Positions 27,442 to 27,579 of a stretch of DNA of 27,579 nucleotides are shown here, in pieces; positions within the stretch are counted from its first letter, which is position 1, and every line of letters begins with the position of its first letter. The DNA is taken from the IMG/VR virus record IMGVR_UViG_3300030330_000157, positions 1 through 27,579 of that record; one strand, 5' to 3'. Source of the stretch: a virus. Lineage: Duplodnaviria; Caudoviricetes. The notes under the pieces were generated by a model. It ran no database searches. It was not told where the DNA came from and saw only the letters and a list, made by a program, of their open reading frames with translations. The position numbers were made by a program, and so were the translations under genes.

Positions 27442-27579
27442 TTAATATCCTCCCTTTCTAATTAATTGATTTCTATCTGTTGTTATTAGTATGTATGGAC
27501 ATTCAGGCTCAAAATCCAATAACCTTAAAAGTCCATCTCTTATGTTGTCAGGCATTACTTTTTTACCACTTAAATAACT
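27442..27579 (-). CDS. Partial gene (3' end), possibly XRE/Cro-like HTH regulator
   Basis: Open frame SYLSGKKVMPDNIRDGLLRLLDFEPECPYILITTDRNQLIRKGGY*; YLSGK..MP resembles the end of an XRE HTH; truncated by the window edge. Confidence 0.45.
   Translation of the reverse strand, partial: SYLSGKKVMPDNIRDGLLRLLDFEPECPYILITTDRNQLIRKGGY

Noticed and set aside
224-27461. Plus-strand ORFs in the track (e.g. 7078..7563, 13135..13413, 21879..22172) and nested minus-strand ORFs 306..491 and 7934..8119
   Set aside because: They lie within coherent minus-strand genes, have no RBS or recognisable motifs, and look like shadow frames
1-27579. Stop-codon reassignment
   Set aside because: Genes are full length under code 11, and TAA, TAG and TGA all end genes at sensible coupled junctions
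1-27579. CRISPR array, tRNA, integrase, reverse transcriptase/DGR, methyltransferase
   Set aside because: No repeat-spacer pattern, cloverleaf or catalytic motifs were recognised; intergenic space is minimal

Overview
A 27.6 kb fragment of an AT-rich (about 30% GC by eye) tailed dsDNA phage, probably siphovirus-like. Essentially all real genes lie on the minus strand, tightly coupled, with GGAG/GAGG Shine-Dalgarno sites. Reading from right to left: early/replication genes (partial XRE-like HTH, Rad52/Sak-like annealing protein, PD-(D/E)xK nuclease, replication initiator, RusA), TerS, TerL, portal, four tiny Lys/Arg-rich proteins, head morphogenesis protein, scaffold, major capsid, an internally placed lysis block (GH24 endolysin, Zn-ribbon metallophosphoesterase, small membrane proteins), accessory virion proteins, neck, tail tube, frameshifted tail chaperones, tape measure and tail tip. 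Most striking observations: (1) a tail-tip protein ends in a complete type I dockerin and is translationally coupled to a cohesin-like protein, suggesting a cellulosome-type docking pair on a phage tail; (2) I found no CG dinucleotide and no CTAG anywhere in the window; (3) there are long intergenic RNA hairpins, one of which carries sequences complementary to the leader and RBS of the replication initiator gene. All family assignments come from motif recognition by eye; no searches or computed counts were run.
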